Counted from the first letter of the whole stretch, positions 34,635-48,735 are shown. The stretch is 62,876 nt of DNA, filler included, from Octopus bimaculoides (GCF_001194135.2; 6 parts of 5 records of this genome joined end to end with filler, not necessarily neighbours in it); one strand, 5' to 3'. Made by a program: numbers and translations. The notes: generated by a model not told the origin, from the letters alone.

Positions 34635-34845
34635 AAGGAGGCGGGCTGGCAGAAAGGTTAGCACGCCGGGCGAAATACTTAGCGGTATTTCGTCTGTCTT
34701 TATGTTCTGAGTTCAAATTCCGCCGAGGTCGACTTTCATCCTTTCTGGGTCGATAAATTAAATACCAGTTACGTACTGAGGTCGAGCTAATCGACTAGCA
34801 CCCTCCCCCACAATTTCGGGCCTTGTACCTCGAGTAGAAAAGAAT
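34635..34845 (+). mobile_element. SINE family A, CpG-intact
   Basis: GCTGGCAGAAAGGTTAGCACGCCGGGCGAAA...GAGTTCAAATTCCGCCGAGGTCGAC. Confidence 0.9.
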
Positions 34846-35869
34846 ATTTCTCATGTCCCTATTATATTTTTCTGTGTTTTTTTTTTGTTATCGTCACCGC
34901 CACTGGTTCTGTTGCAATCGTTGCTATTGTTGTTGATGTTGCTGTTGTTGTCATCGATATCATGTTTTACAGCAGTTGCTGGTTTCTATCTTTTGTTACT
35001 ATCAATATAGTTGGCAATATTGTGTTTGCTATTGTTTTTCTTACTACTGTCCTTGTCATTATTATTGTTGTTGTAGCTCATCTCATACTTGTCATTCTTG
35101 CTATAATTAGCAACAGTTGTTATTGTTGCAATTCGCTGTCGTTGTTGAGGTTTTTATTGTTGACTGTTGTTTATGGCTATAATGCCCATCCCTTCTCAAT
35201 TTCATTTCATTTATGATGCTTATACTGGAACTCCAATCAATGATATTGTTCATATGGTGGCTGTTATGTTAATGATGATGCTGCTGAGGTTGTTGTTCTC
35301 GTTGTTGTTTTAGGTGATGGTGGTGGTGGCGGTGTTGGTTTTGTTCTCCTTGCCCATGTTGTGTATTATATTAGCTGTAAATCGTCTTCTGTCTCTAAAT
35401 GTCCCCTCCGGTATATTATCAGTGAACAAACTCCCCCACCTCGCTGGCATTTAAAATCGAAAGCATTCCTGCACGCGTGCAAGATTTTCCCCGCCCCTCT
35501 CTCTTTCTCTCCTTCACAAACACAAGCACACACAAACGTGCATAGATATACTGACATACATGCATCAACTTGCATGAGATATGCACAAATACATGCATAG
35601 ATAGATGTTACTACCACACACTTATATATATACATACACACAACTCCGCAAATACACGCCTCCTTGCAAATGTCTAGCAACAAAATGGACGCTTCTATGC
35701 GTGCGTTTCAAGCAGTCGCATACGTACACACATCCGTAATTAAAACTTACAATAGTCTCACATAAGTTTAAAGGAAAATATGCAGAGATAAATCAATACA
35801 CATATCCGAACAGAACACACATCACACACGCGGATATGTATGTATGTATGTATGTATGTATATATGAAT

Positions 35870-36092
35870 GTTTCTTATTTCTTTATTGCCCACAAAGAGC
35901 TAAACATAGAGGGAACAAACAAGGACAGACAAAGGGATTAAGTCGACTACATGAACCCCAGTGCGTAACTGGTACTTAATTTATCGACCCCGAAAGCAAA
36001 GTCGACGTCGGCGGAATTTGAACTCAGAACGTAACGGCAGACGAAATACCGTTAAGCATTTCGCCTGGCGTCCTAACGTTTCTGCCAGCTCG
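35870..36092 (-). mobile_element. SINE family A variant with alternative 3' tail
   Basis: Family A head and body; tail reads ...CTCTATGTTTAGCTCTTTGTGGGCAATAAAGAAATAAGAAAC. Confidence 0.9.
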
Positions 36093-36901
36093 TAATGTAT
36101 TGCTATATTTTACCACGTAAATATTAATTTCTGCAAGACCGTAGATGATTGTTCATGCGAAACAGATTTTTAAATTTCAGTTCATTTTAGGTACATCTCA
36201 TTTGCATGATCCTACGATAGCGCTGAATACTAACGATTTTCTCAAACAGTTACCATTTATTAGGCATTTCTCCCGAAGTCTCAGGTTGCATGATTTATGT
36301 TAGCCAGCTGTATACATTCGAATTTGTATCCTTATNNNNNNNNNNNNNNNNNNNNNNNNNNNNNNNNNNNNNNNNNNNNNNNNNNNNNNNNNNNNNNNNN
36401 NNNNNNNNNNNNNNNNNNNNNNNNNNNNNNNNNNNNNNNNNNNNNNNNNNNNNNNNNNNNNNNNNNNNNNNNNNNNNNNNNNNNNNNNNNNNNNNNNNNN
36501 NNNNNNNNNNNNNNNNNNNNNNNNNNNNNNNNNNNNNNNNNNNNNNNNNNNNNNNNNNNNNNNNNNNNNNNNNNNNNNNNNNNNNNNNNNNNNNNNNNNN
36601 NNNNNNNNNNNNNNNNNNNNNNNNNNNNNNNNNNNNNNNNNNNNNNNNNNNNNNNNNNNNNNNNNNNNNNNNNNNNNNNNNNNNNNNNNNNNNNNNNNNN
36701 NNNNNNNNNNNNNNNNNNNNNNNNNNNNNNNNNNNNNNNNNNNNNNNNNNNNNNNNNNNNNNNNNNNNNNNNNNNNNNNNNNNNNNNNNNNNNNNNNNNN
36801 NNNNNNNNNNNNNNNNNNNNNNNNNNNNNNNNNNNNNNNNNNNNNNNNNNNNNNNNNNNNNNNNNNNNNNNNNNNNNNNNNNNNNNNNNNNNNNNNNNNN
36901 N

Positions 36902-36934
<33 letters not shown>

Positions 36935-37515
36935 TATACACACATTTACTCTGTTCCAGCCTCTATACGTCCAACTGCGGTTATAAAAGCTAAAATATTA
37001 TAAATCCATTAACGTATTACAATTGTCGGAGGGAAGAGCAATTACTGCTAGTTTCATATCCAGATCAATATACAGATTCTTTTAACTATCTACTGGCACA
37101 TCCTTGATGAAAGCGTTTAGATTTTCTTTCATGATTTGTGAATGACATATTAAAGATGCCCAAAGCTAATAGTAGATATCCATTCTTATTTGAATTAAAA
37201 TATATTTACGTGGTCTGAGATCCATTTACAAGATCCAACATTGCCTGTAAGCGTCTTGGGTTTTGAGTTTTGGATTAAAATTACCATGCTCTGACGGACA
37301 TCTATCACACTTTTTTTTATCCAATTTTATTCATTAAACTAAGGTTATCCACAGACCAAAATTATACCAAAATTGCCCGATGTGCCGCGGAATGCAGGGT
37401 AAAGAATGGTCTAATGGTTGCAAAGCAAAACTTCAGGAGTTTAGACCAGCTGTTTATATTTTGTCCCCAAATACATTAATGTAAACATGCATAGCCACCT
37501 ATCTAAATACACACA

Positions 37516-37591
<76 letters not shown>

Positions 37592-37706
37592 NNNNNNNNN
37601 NNNNNNNNNNNNNNNNNNNNNNNNNNNNNNNNNNNNNNNNNNNNNNNNNNNNNNNNNNNNNNNNNNNNNNNNNNNNNNNNNNNNNNNNNNNNNNNNNNNN
37701 NNNNNN

Positions 37707-37749
<43 letters not shown>

Positions 37750-38769
37750 CATATATATAAATGCATGTATACACACACATAATATATATATATATATACG
37801 CATACTCATACATACCTGTATACATACGCAGACACACAAAACCACGAACGTATATAGATATAGGAATGCATACATATTTATACATACAAACCGGCCACAA
37901 TCTCCAACGTAGATCTATGTATATACCCACAAAAAACGTATCAGCAATCATATATATCCGTATATTTTCAAGTGTGTATATGCATTTTGTTTATTTACAC
38001 ATATATATAGCTAATATATTATCATTTTTACATATATGTGTGTGTGTGCTCATTTTTGCATGTGTGTGTGTGTGTGTGTGCACATTTATATGCTCGTATA
38101 CAGCGATTCGTAAATATTTATATGGTATACACACGTTCACAGAAACAAATAATTATTCATCATTGTGAGCTATATACTCAATAGCCTCTGTGAGTCGTCA
38201 TTTTACAATCTACATGACAAATTTACGAGAAATCTTTTATGCCTCTGTGTTCGTGTGTAAGTTTCGTTGTATCTCTCTCGTTTCAAGAATGATCCATGTA
38301 AACGCCGCTGAAACGTGTTTGTACAACTGTACAATTAATTTGATTATATATTTTCGGGTTATTGTTGCATGTAACAAGGACTCCTGAAAGTGGTCTGATG
38401 TAAAAAAAAAAAAATAATTATAATAAAATAAAATAGCAGCTAAATTTGTAATTTTTTTTCTAACTCCTTTCACGGGATAACTTCGGATAATTTAATAATG
38501 TACCTATATATATCTCTAATGAGTCTGGTGGAAACGGCGGGTGTGAAACATGTACGTGTGTGAGAGCGTGTGAGTGTATATCCACGTACATGCACAGATA
38601 TGCACCCGCATGCAAGCAACCTCACATACATAATACTCTGTACCATATATGAAAGTACTCCTAATTATAATACTCACACAGACATAAAAATATATGTGCG
38701 TATATATTATAAACATATATCTACATATATATATATGTAGCTATATCTATATCTTTAACATTACTGTGT

Positions 38770-38978
38770 GATACACGATCCCTATTGATCGGCCTTTCCT
38801 TTTCTTTTTTTTTCGATCCCTTTTTATCGAACTGCCCCTTTTTCCCTTCCTACGATCCCTTTTGATCGACACCACCAATTTCTTTTTTTTTTTTCCTTCC
38901 TTCCCCCTCCCAAAAAGAAAAGCTCTACATTGTATTTGTCCCATCTTCGTTGAGCCCTGTGTGGCTAATAAAAGAAAT
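38770..38978 (+). mobile_element. Probable LINE 3' UTR fragment (L1/Tx1-like) with poly(A) signal
   Basis: Pyrimidine-rich tract ending TTTGTCCCATCTTCGTTGAGCCCTGTGTGGCTAATAAAAGAAAT; the clade assignment rests on recalled similarity only. Confidence 0.4.
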
Positions 38979-39156
38979 GTATATCTTTATCTATCTGTCT
39001 GTCTGTCTTTATCTCTTTCTCTCTCTCTCTCTCTTCCTCTTTCTCTCTCTCTCTCTCTTCCTNNNNNNNNNNNNNNNNNNNNNNNNNNNNNNNNNNNNNN
39101 NNNNNNNNNNNNNNNNNNNNNNNNNNNNNNCTCTCTTCCTCTCTCTCTCTCTCTTC

Positions 39157-39187
<31 letters not shown>

Positions 39188-40473
39188 GGTAGATTGATAG
39201 ATAGATAGATAGATACGAGTGATGGATTGGTGTGGAATTTGATGGCGCGGTTTGCTCCTCACGTCACACTCATTTAGTAAAATGTACATGTCTTTATCCC
39301 GCCTATACCTCCTCTGTATATTGAAGGTTACCTGCCCACTTTCTGAATCCCTTGATGTGTGTTTCCTAGAAACAATCTTTCGTGCATTACTGCGCCCGTA
39401 GCAACACCTTGTCACTTCCCGTTCAAGTCTAGCGTTAACTATATTCTGGTGCTGCAGAGAGATCTGTGCCATAACTGAATCAGTAGGCTGCCCTCAAAGG
39501 CTTTGGTTGGCATCCAACCAACTGAAGGACAACTTTGATTCTAAACCTGAAGAGACTGAGCTCCCAAAGTTCTCTTAAAGGGAAGCTCAATAGAAACAAG
39601 AACCTGACTGAGGCTGAGCTGTTTCGGTTTGGACATGACGAGTGAACAGTGAACGCTATGCGACCTGTAAGTTTCACACAAAGCTCCATCTGAAAATTAT
39701 GTATTCTGTACGCCGAAGGACGTGCCAACATCTACGAACAACAATCACCCCAAGCATTAAAATGTAGAGCAACTGTAACGGAGAGAATAAAGGAGTATGG
39801 CAACTACATTTCCGATGCTGCATGCCGATCGTTCTTCTATATTATCAACTGATAATGACTTAGAATTATTGGCATCGTATGACAGAACGATGAATGTCCA
39901 AGTAGTATTTCTTGAAGGGCAGCACGGTCTTCTTTAGAAGGGACAGAGCTGCCTTAAAACATGGTGGAAAAGATGTTCATGTACTGCTTGCAATTGTCTT
40001 TTCCGTAAAGCGAATTTATATTTAGAAAATTACTCTTCACAACCAGTTCAGAAACTGAAGTTTGCATTCTGGGACACAAAAAGCCATGCCTGGTATATCA
40101 GATAGTAATAGTGAAGTGTAAATTTCTGGAAGATTCATCTCTATAAGTGCTATAGTAATCTTTAAAATTGCCATGTTTCAATACTCTGAAAAATACCTAG
40201 GTTTTTCTCTCAAAGCGGAAGATGCTTGTGGAGGACCCTAGGGAATTATTCCACATGAAAGAATGATGGGAATGCACACAGAGACTGATCAGCCTCATGT
40301 AAGCATCACAGTGCTGCATTCTCACCGTTCGTAACATCTAGAATCAATTGGTTAATGTATTTAAGTCCTATAATGTGGAGCTTAAAAACAAACAATCCTT
40401 ATGATAGCAGGTGTATTAGGTATGTCAAAAAACACCATTCAGACAAATAGATAACAAAAATACCAGGACGTAC

Positions 40474-40519
<46 letters not shown>

Positions 40520-41486
40520 CATACAGAAAATACCACCGCTAGGCATCGCACACATCCTACGTAAAACACTTTCAATACAGTGAAAATAAGAGCATCGCAA
40601 CAAACCACAGCACATACCCAAGGCACGCAGAACTGCGCTCGGTAGTGCAGTTAAAGCACGTGATAACAATGAGTCTACTAAATGATAATAACAAATTAGT
40701 TTAAATAGTATTCTCATTTGTTGTGAGCCAGTGTTCCACATGTATGTAGTTATTGTTGATATTGAGTGTAAAAAAAAGAAAAAATGATTATCCGTGGGTA
40801 AAAGAAGGCAAGAACTGAATGAGAACTAGAAGAAAGAAAAGGGAGGTTAATGCACTTGGAGACATTGTCTGCGGTAACTAGACTCTTGCATGCACGTGTC
40901 TCTTCCTGCCTCTCCTCATATTTTCAACCAATTATGGTCAGACCACGTCAATTAGATCATTTGTTTCGAAGCAAGCTTCTGGTGTTCCAACAAAAATCCC
41001 TTTCCCTCACTGATATAATCGGAGTTATCGCTTATGACTCAAGGCTTTTCAGTTCACGTCTAACTCTGATTATCAACCACCTCCTATTTTTTTGGTGGAT
41101 TTATTTAAATTTCGCTTTTTCTATTGTTCAGCTATTGTTCTTTATTTTGTTAATCCCCGACGAGAAAGAAAAGATCCTCATGCTTGTTTAATTAACAGAA
41201 TCTCGTCTACAATACGTTTGCAAAACAGACTGAACAATGCCGAAACAGTAGAAGAAATTAATACATTACATATTCACACGCACAAGCACGTTCGCGCAAG
41301 CACGCATATATACACTATCGCACGCGCACACACACGCACTCGTACGCACACACACACTCACACGTGCACGAATAGACATTCGGTTGTTCAAGCAATTGAA
41401 TGACCCCCTGCATCTTGACTTAATCTGTGATGTGGTTGAATATACAACATACACACGTTTAAGTTAACTCAGCCTGAGACAGCGTA

Positions 41487-41527
<41 letters not shown>

Positions 41528-41531
<4 letters not shown>

Positions 41532-41939
41532 AAATAAGCAACACGGATTTCAAAGGTGATTGCAGTACGCACGTTTCATGCTACTCCATTTATTTAAGTA
41601 ATGCGAGCATTACATTAAATGCAATATGTAGAGCAATCTTCAGCTGCACAAAAATAGAGAAAATTACATTAGAGTAGAATAGACATATTATAATTGTGGC
41701 AACATTTAAAATCCAAGTGGGAAGAAGAATACATAAAAATCCATCTTGACAGAGCCAAGACTATCAGGCTTGCCACAATTATAATATGTCTATTCTACTG
41801 TATTTTTCTACATTTTTGTGCAGCTGAAGATTGCTCTACATATTGCATTTAATGTAATGCTCGCATTACTTAAATAAATGGAGTAGCATGAAACGTGCGT
41901 ACTGCACTCATCTTTAAAATCCGTGTTGCTTATTTTGAT
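41528..41939. repeat. Long fold-back element, ~170-bp inverted arms, 67-bp spacer
   Basis: 41528-41702 is the reverse complement of 41770-41939 with few differences (e.g. GCAGTACGCACGTTTCATGCTACTCCATTTATTTAAGTAATGCGAGC). Confidence 0.95.
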
Positions 41940-42036
41940 CACCTCACTTTTAGAATGGTTTTTGGATAATACCATACTATATTCTGGTGCCTAAACATAA
42001 GTACCATATTCAATTTTGAATCTAAATCTAAATCTC

Positions 42037-42090
<54 letters not shown>

Positions 42091-43059
42091 CGTGCGTGTG
42101 TGTGTAGGTGTATATATGTATGTATATGTACCCGTTAAATACTAATACGCATATAGTCTTTTGCTGAGATCAGAACCACGAAGACTACAGTAGACTATGT
42201 GTGATAAACGTCCAAGAGAAGAATACAAAACGTAGTTATATATAAAAAAAACATGAATGAATACACAAATATATGTGATTGCTTATGTGTGTATGTGTAT
42301 GCGTGTGTGAGTGTGTAGATATGTAGATATATATATATGATGTATATATACTGATGTATATGTATATATACACTTGTATATGTATGTTTATATATGTATA
42401 CAAGTGTATATATATTTACATATATATACACACATATATATTTATACATTAATAAACACATGTGCATATACATTTATAGATACCTATAGCCTTACTGATA
42501 TTGGCACAAAACAAGATAAATATGGGAAAAGTTTATTAATTTTATCGCCCTTTGTTTTTCACTGGTGCTTTTTTTTTTTTTTTCGAAATCCGATGAGAAG
42601 AAGACAATCAATGTTTAGGAGAAATTTAAAAAGGAACAAACCTTGCAAGCCACTTTCTGATAGAGACAGCGATCAGTTGAAGAATTTTCTCATAACCTGC
42701 CATTCTAGTGCTTCCACGAATTATTTGAAACCTAGTTAAAAATTAAGGAATAATTACTGATATAAAATAATGAAACGGTTTGCTTCTGAAAATGATCTTG
42801 TACATAATATAACTTACTGGGTTCATTTTTTAACATTAAATTCTTACATGACTGTCTAGTTCATAACAATAACACATTGATTAATGCCAAAAAAATGTAA
42901 TTTTTATGACAATATTGTGATAATCTCTTTTCAATGAACTTAATACAAATACCATTGTTATCTTGATTACTATATTCTGATAGACAGGCTTGGTGTATTT
43001 AATCTAGTCTACAGACATTTTCCTTTTTCGTCTTTTGTTTTTGAATTGGATTTTTGATT

Positions 43060-43700
43060 CGTGTGTGCATATATATATATATACATATACATGTATATAT
43101 GTGGTCATATATATATATGCATATATATATACATATGTATATATACATTTGTATATATATATACAAATACATGTATATATGTGGTCATATATATATATGC
43201 ATATATATACATATATATGTATATNNNNNNNNNNNNNNNNNNNNNNNNNNNNNNNNNNNNNNNNNNNNNNNNNNNNNNNNNNNNNNNNNNNNNNNNNNNN
43301 NNNNNNNNNNNNNNNNNNNNNNNNNNNNNNNNNNNNNNNNNNNNNNNNNNNNNNNNNNNNNNNNNNNNNNNNNNNNNNNNNNNNNNNNNNNNNNNNNNNN
43401 NNNNNNNNNNNNNNNNNNNNNNNNNNNNNNNNNNNNNNNNNNNNNNNNNNNNNNNNNNNNNNNNNNNNNNNNNNNNNNNNNNNNNNNNNNNNNNNNNNNN
43501 NNNNNNNNNNNNNNATATATATATATATACATATACATGTATATATGTGGTCATATATATATATGCATATATATACATATATATGTATATATACATCTGT
43601 ATATATATATACATATACATGTATATGTGGTTATATATATATGCATATATATATACATATATATGTATATATACATTTGTATATATATGTTTATATATGT
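43060..43700. repeat. ~80-bp higher-order tandem repeat built from TA/CA units (spans a gap)
   Basis: Marker GTGGT(C/T)ATA at 43101, 43181, 43547 and 43627. Confidence 0.8.
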
Positions 43701-44249
43701 ATATACATATATATTTAGATATCAATATACACATACATTTATACATTCATAAATACATACATATATACATGAATAGATACATATATACATATATATATAT
43801 ATACATATATACATAGGCACATACACACATACACAAAAACATCCATCCATCTATGCATACACATATACATACATAGATACCTTTATACATACACACATAC
43901 ATATACTCATGCGCATATATGTATACACGCACACACACACACACACATATATATTTGGAGGCTGATTATTTTATTTTTAGTTTTTTTATATAATTTTTCT
44001 ATTCGATTTCCATTATTTATCGTAGCTGACAATTAAGAGAGAAATAATAACAAGTAAGGTAAATATTTCTCTTTGATTTAACCAACTAAGAAAATTGATG
44101 CAAATAATTACGATGAAAATCTCTTTGAAAGATGGCAACTATACAAAATGTGACCCCGATGAGGCGTCTCCGGTCAAGTTTACAACATCTCTCTTGTTTC
44201 CACAATAGGTAATCACATTCTGTGTTTCCAATCAAACAAACGCACGTGC

Positions 44250-44281
<32 letters not shown>

Positions 44282-44325
44282 GAACAAGCACAGCCATATC
44301 CACCAGCACACGAACATAGTCGCAC

Positions 44326-44364
<39 letters not shown>

Positions 44365-46074
44365 NNNNNNNNNNNNNNNNNNNNNNNNNNNNNNNNNNNN
44401 NNNNNNNNNNNNNNNNNNNNNNNNNNNNNNNNNNNNNNNNNNNNNNNNNNNNNNNNNNNNNNNNNNNNNNNNNNNNNNNNNNNNNNNNNNNNNNNNNNNN
44501 NNNNNNNNNNNNNNNNNNNNNNNNNNNNNNNNNNNNNNNNNNNNNNNNNNNNNNNNNNNNNNNNNNNNNNNNNNNNNNNNNNNNNNNNNNNNNNNNNNNN
44601 NNNNNNNNNNNNNNNNNNNNNNNNNNNNNNNNNNNNNNNNNNNNNNNNNNNNNNNNNNNNNNNNNNNNNNNNNNNNNNNNNNNNNNNNNNNNNNNNNNNN
44701 NNNNNNNNNNNNNNNNNNNNNNNNNNNNNNNNNNNNNNNNNNNNNNNNNNNNNNNNNNNNNNNNNNNNNNNNNNNNNNNNNNNNNNNNNNNNNNNNNNNN
44801 NNNNNNNNNNNNNNNNNNNNNNNNNNNNNNNNNNNNNNNNNNNNNNNNNNNNNNNNNNNNNNNNNNNNNNNNNNNNNNNNNNNNNNNNNNNNNNNNNNNN
44901 NNNNNNNNNNNNNNNNNNNNNNNNNNNNNNNNNNNNNNNNNNNNNNNNNNNNNNNNNNNNNNNNNNNNNNNNNNNNNNNNNNNNNNNNNNNNNNNNNNNN
45001 NNNNNNNNNNNNNNNNNNNNNNNNNNNNNNNNNNNNNNNNNNNNNNNNNNNNNNNNNNNNNNNNNNNNNNNNNNNNNNNNNNNNNNNNNNNNNNNNNNNN
45101 NNNNNNNNNNNNNNNNNNNNNNNNNNNNNNNNNNNNNNNNNNNNNNNNNNNNNNNNNNNNNNNNNNNNNNNNNNNNNNNNNNNNNNNNNNNNNNNNNNNN
45201 NNNNNNNNNNNNNNNNNNNNNNNNTATATATATATATATATATATATATGCCTCTATATATATATATATATTGCATATGTATGTACATATGTTTGTCTGA
45301 ATGCATGTATGAAAGGACATAGATATCTATATATGAATATGCATAGAGAGAGAGGCGGATATTAAAATAATCTAATGAATGCAGAGGAATAGTGAATACA
45401 ATGCTACATGGATGTTCTCAATGGAAATCATGACTCACCTCACCCACAAGAGAATTGCTTCGGTTTCGTAGTTTCTTATCAAATTACTTGCCAAGAACAT
45501 AAACCTCCTACACACACATTTATACACACCCACACATATGCACACACACAAACACGCACAAACATAAATACACATCCATGCTTAAGTACGTACACACACA
45601 TATATACATATACGTACATAACTTTATATATGTACACATGTGTGTCTGTATGTATATGTTTATGGTTTACTAACTAAATATTTATTCATGACTAGAGTTT
45701 CCAGTCATCACGATCTAAAGGCAGGAACTCTTACAACTCCGCTTGGTGTTATATTTTTATTCGCTGTTATGGATGTGACCTTTTTTGTGGCTGTGAATTG
45801 GTTTGCGGTTTGCGATTCTGGGTTTGCTTTCATCTTTGTGCCTTTTCAAACCTGTTGTTTACTTTCCTGCAAAATATTGATGTGGATGCGTGCTTTTGAT
45901 AACATTTTGTTTTATATTCATTGTGTTGATTATGTTTGAGTTCTATGATTATCCTTCTTCGTTTCCCAATGCAATCGGAGTTGTTTGCTTTTTGATGAAG
46001 TTTGTTATTGTGGTGTATCCTATTCTGAATGTCAATATTGGTTCGATGCTAGAATGATTTTGATGGTAGGAATT

Positions 46075-46270
46075 GTCAGCTTGGGTGGCGCCTTGAAGGG
46101 TTTTTAATCGAACCAATCGACCATGCTGTTTTCTTGTTTGTTTTAAGTTTGTTACTCATTCTATCGGTCTCATTTGCCAAACCGCTAAGATACTGGGTCG
46201 TAAAGAAACCAACACCGGTTGTCAAGTAGTGATGGGGACAAACACAAAGACACCCGTACATATACATACA
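46075..46270 (-). mobile_element. SINE family B 3' half
   Basis: CTATCGGTCTCATTTGCCAAACCGCTAAG...GGTTGTCAAG..GATGGGGACAAACAC. Confidence 0.75.
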
Positions 46271-47559
46271 CAAACACAAATACATGCATATATATACATA
46301 TCTATAAGTATCTACATCTAAATTTATATCAATCTATATCTGTATATATAGTGAAATTTAGGATAAGCGAAGGTGTAAATGTTTTCCTCTTCCTTTTCTC
46401 TCCTCAACCTTTGACAGACATTTGCTTCCCTGCTATCTGTGACATTGAAATATGCAGCCACTTTAAATATCTATTTGAATAACAGGATTTCAATTAGTCG
46501 AACAGCTCGCCAACACCATAATTTGAACGTTTATCACAACTTCATCGTGCATCATCTATACTACACCGTCAACACTAACCACGGCTCTTAACTGCACTAC
46601 AACTGCAGCCTACACCAGTTTTTGACAATACCACACTTTATTATACTTTACATCTTCTTCTTACACAACAACTGGGATTTGTTTCACGTCTAGCATAACT
46701 TCAGTCAGCGTTAAATATCAAATTACAGCAAAGTTTCAAAGTACGCCACACAGTCAAGATTAAGTCGCCATCTTGGAGATATCGTCTAAAGAAACTTGTG
46801 GTAACGCTTTAAGAAATACTGCAGAAAATATGGCTGTGTGTGTTGATGGATCTAATAATTTGAAGATTTTATGCTTAAAATAATGATCACTGGAGGAATT
46901 AGGGATTCAATACACGTACAGAGTTTAATATTCGATATATAAGTATTCGGATTTTGAATAAACCACAGCCGCTGTCAATAAAGCTATCACACGTACATGC
47001 ATAGATAGATAAACAGATAGATAGAGGGGTAGTTAGACACATACATACACCTACGTGTCTATGCATGTATATACACATGGACAGGGGCATATATATGCGC
47101 CTGTCCATGTGCATACATATATATATATACATATATATATACATACATACATACACACATANNNNNNNNNNNNNNNNNNNNNNNNNNNNNNNNNNNNNNN
47201 NNNNNNNNNNNNNNNNNNNNNNNNNNNNNNNNNNNNNNNNNNNNNNNNNNNNNNNNNNNNNAGATAGATAGATAGATAGACAGATTGATAGATATTGAAG
47301 CAGCGAGACAGAGAGAGCAAGACACTGGCAGACAGAAACTTGTTTTCAAGGTGAGTGAAAGGGTAAGACTGTAATAAGGAAAAATTCGAATTATTAAGAG
47401 GTTGAGAATCAATCAACAGAAGATACGGAATTGAATTAATAGAAACTTAGAATGGGGAGGAGTGGGGGTGATGTAGGAGAAAAAGAAACGAAAGTAAATA
47501 TAGCGAAAGGAGGAAAATAAAGAAATGAATTAGAATAAGAAGAGGAGAAAGATGTGATG

Positions 47560-48480
47560 TATGTGATGATTAAATGATGTTATAAAAGATGCGTGATTTA
47601 GTGTTTTAAACGTTAGTATCAGGCCAAATTGGTTATTGATTTTTAAGAGTTTCCTTTTGATAATTGAATCGAATGTATAAAGAAGACGATGATAGTAAGA
47701 CTGTAGTAAAAAGGAAGGAGAGTTGAGGTAAGAGGTAGAAAATGTGTTGTCGGTTGGAGAGAGATGATAACGATACAGAGAAGTCTTAAAGAGGTTGTAG
47801 ATTGATGGTGAGAGATAGAAAGGTAGAGTAAGGGAGAGGAATATGTAAAGAGGTTGGAAAAATCAGTAAGGAATAATAAGTGGTGGTAATAGGTAGTAAA
47901 TTTGTTGGAGGATGATAAGGTTGAGAAAATGGTAGAAGGAATTGATAAAAGGTGAAACAAAAAAAAAAAATTGGTAAGATTTGGTATAAGATGGCTGGGC
48001 GAAATTGAAACAGGTTGTGTGAGGTAGAAAGGTATAGAAATGGTGTTTAAGAGGTATGGAAACGGTTTAAGGTGTTGATCATTAGAAAGAGGCAGGAAAG
48101 GTTTGTACGATTTAAAACAGTGTAGAAAGTGGTACTTAGAGATACTGAGGGGGGGGGGCTATTGAAATATTTAGGAATAAAATATATCGGTAACATTAAT
48201 TAATTGGTGGAGAAATATAGCTGGCGGTAGTAAGTATTGATAAAGCAATAGAAAGAGAGAGAAAAAGAAGAGAGAGAAAGTGAGGGATAAAGAGAGAGAG
48301 AGAGAGAGAGTAAGGTTCGCAAAGGAGTAAAATGAAGCAAAAAACGATTTACAATGATACGGTAAAAGTGTAAATGATGCCAAGTCGCAATGGGTGGAAG
48401 AGAGCGGTGAGCAGAAATTCAACAGTGTATAAATTTATAGTGAAAGGCTGTAAGACGTAGAAAAAAACTCATTAGAATGT
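47560..48480 (-). pseudogene. Decayed retroelement ORF on a C/T-rich strand, possibly a PLE N-terminal region
   Basis: Strong purine skew on the plus strand; minus frames give long stop-poor L/S/P/F-rich reads (e.g. TDNTFSTSYLNSPSFLLQSY, YHFLHCFK). No catalytic motif recognised. Confidence 0.3.
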
Positions 48481-48523
48481 TGAATGTAAGACAACTTATT
48501 GCAACGGTTGCAAAATATCTATA

Positions 48524-48735
48524 TTGGTTTCAACTTTTGGCACAAGGCCAGCAGTTCCTGGAAAAGGGGTAGGTCGATTAATAGAGGTACCAACTTGTAC
48601 CTTTATTATCGACTGCGAAAAGATGAAAGATAAAATTGCTCTCAGCTGCATTTGAACTCAGAATGTAAAAGCGGACGAAATGCCGTTAAGCATTTTATCC
48701 CGGCGTGCTAACGATTCTGTCATGTCGTTGCCTTA
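48524..48735 (-). mobile_element. SINE family A with 11-bp TSD
   Basis: ATATCTATATT at 48515-48525 and 48740-48750. Confidence 0.8.

Noticed and set aside
46763-46775. YY1-like CGCCATCTT motif as a promoter
   Set aside because: Single short motif; the reverse-strand ATG is followed by a stop after two codons and no linked exon was found.
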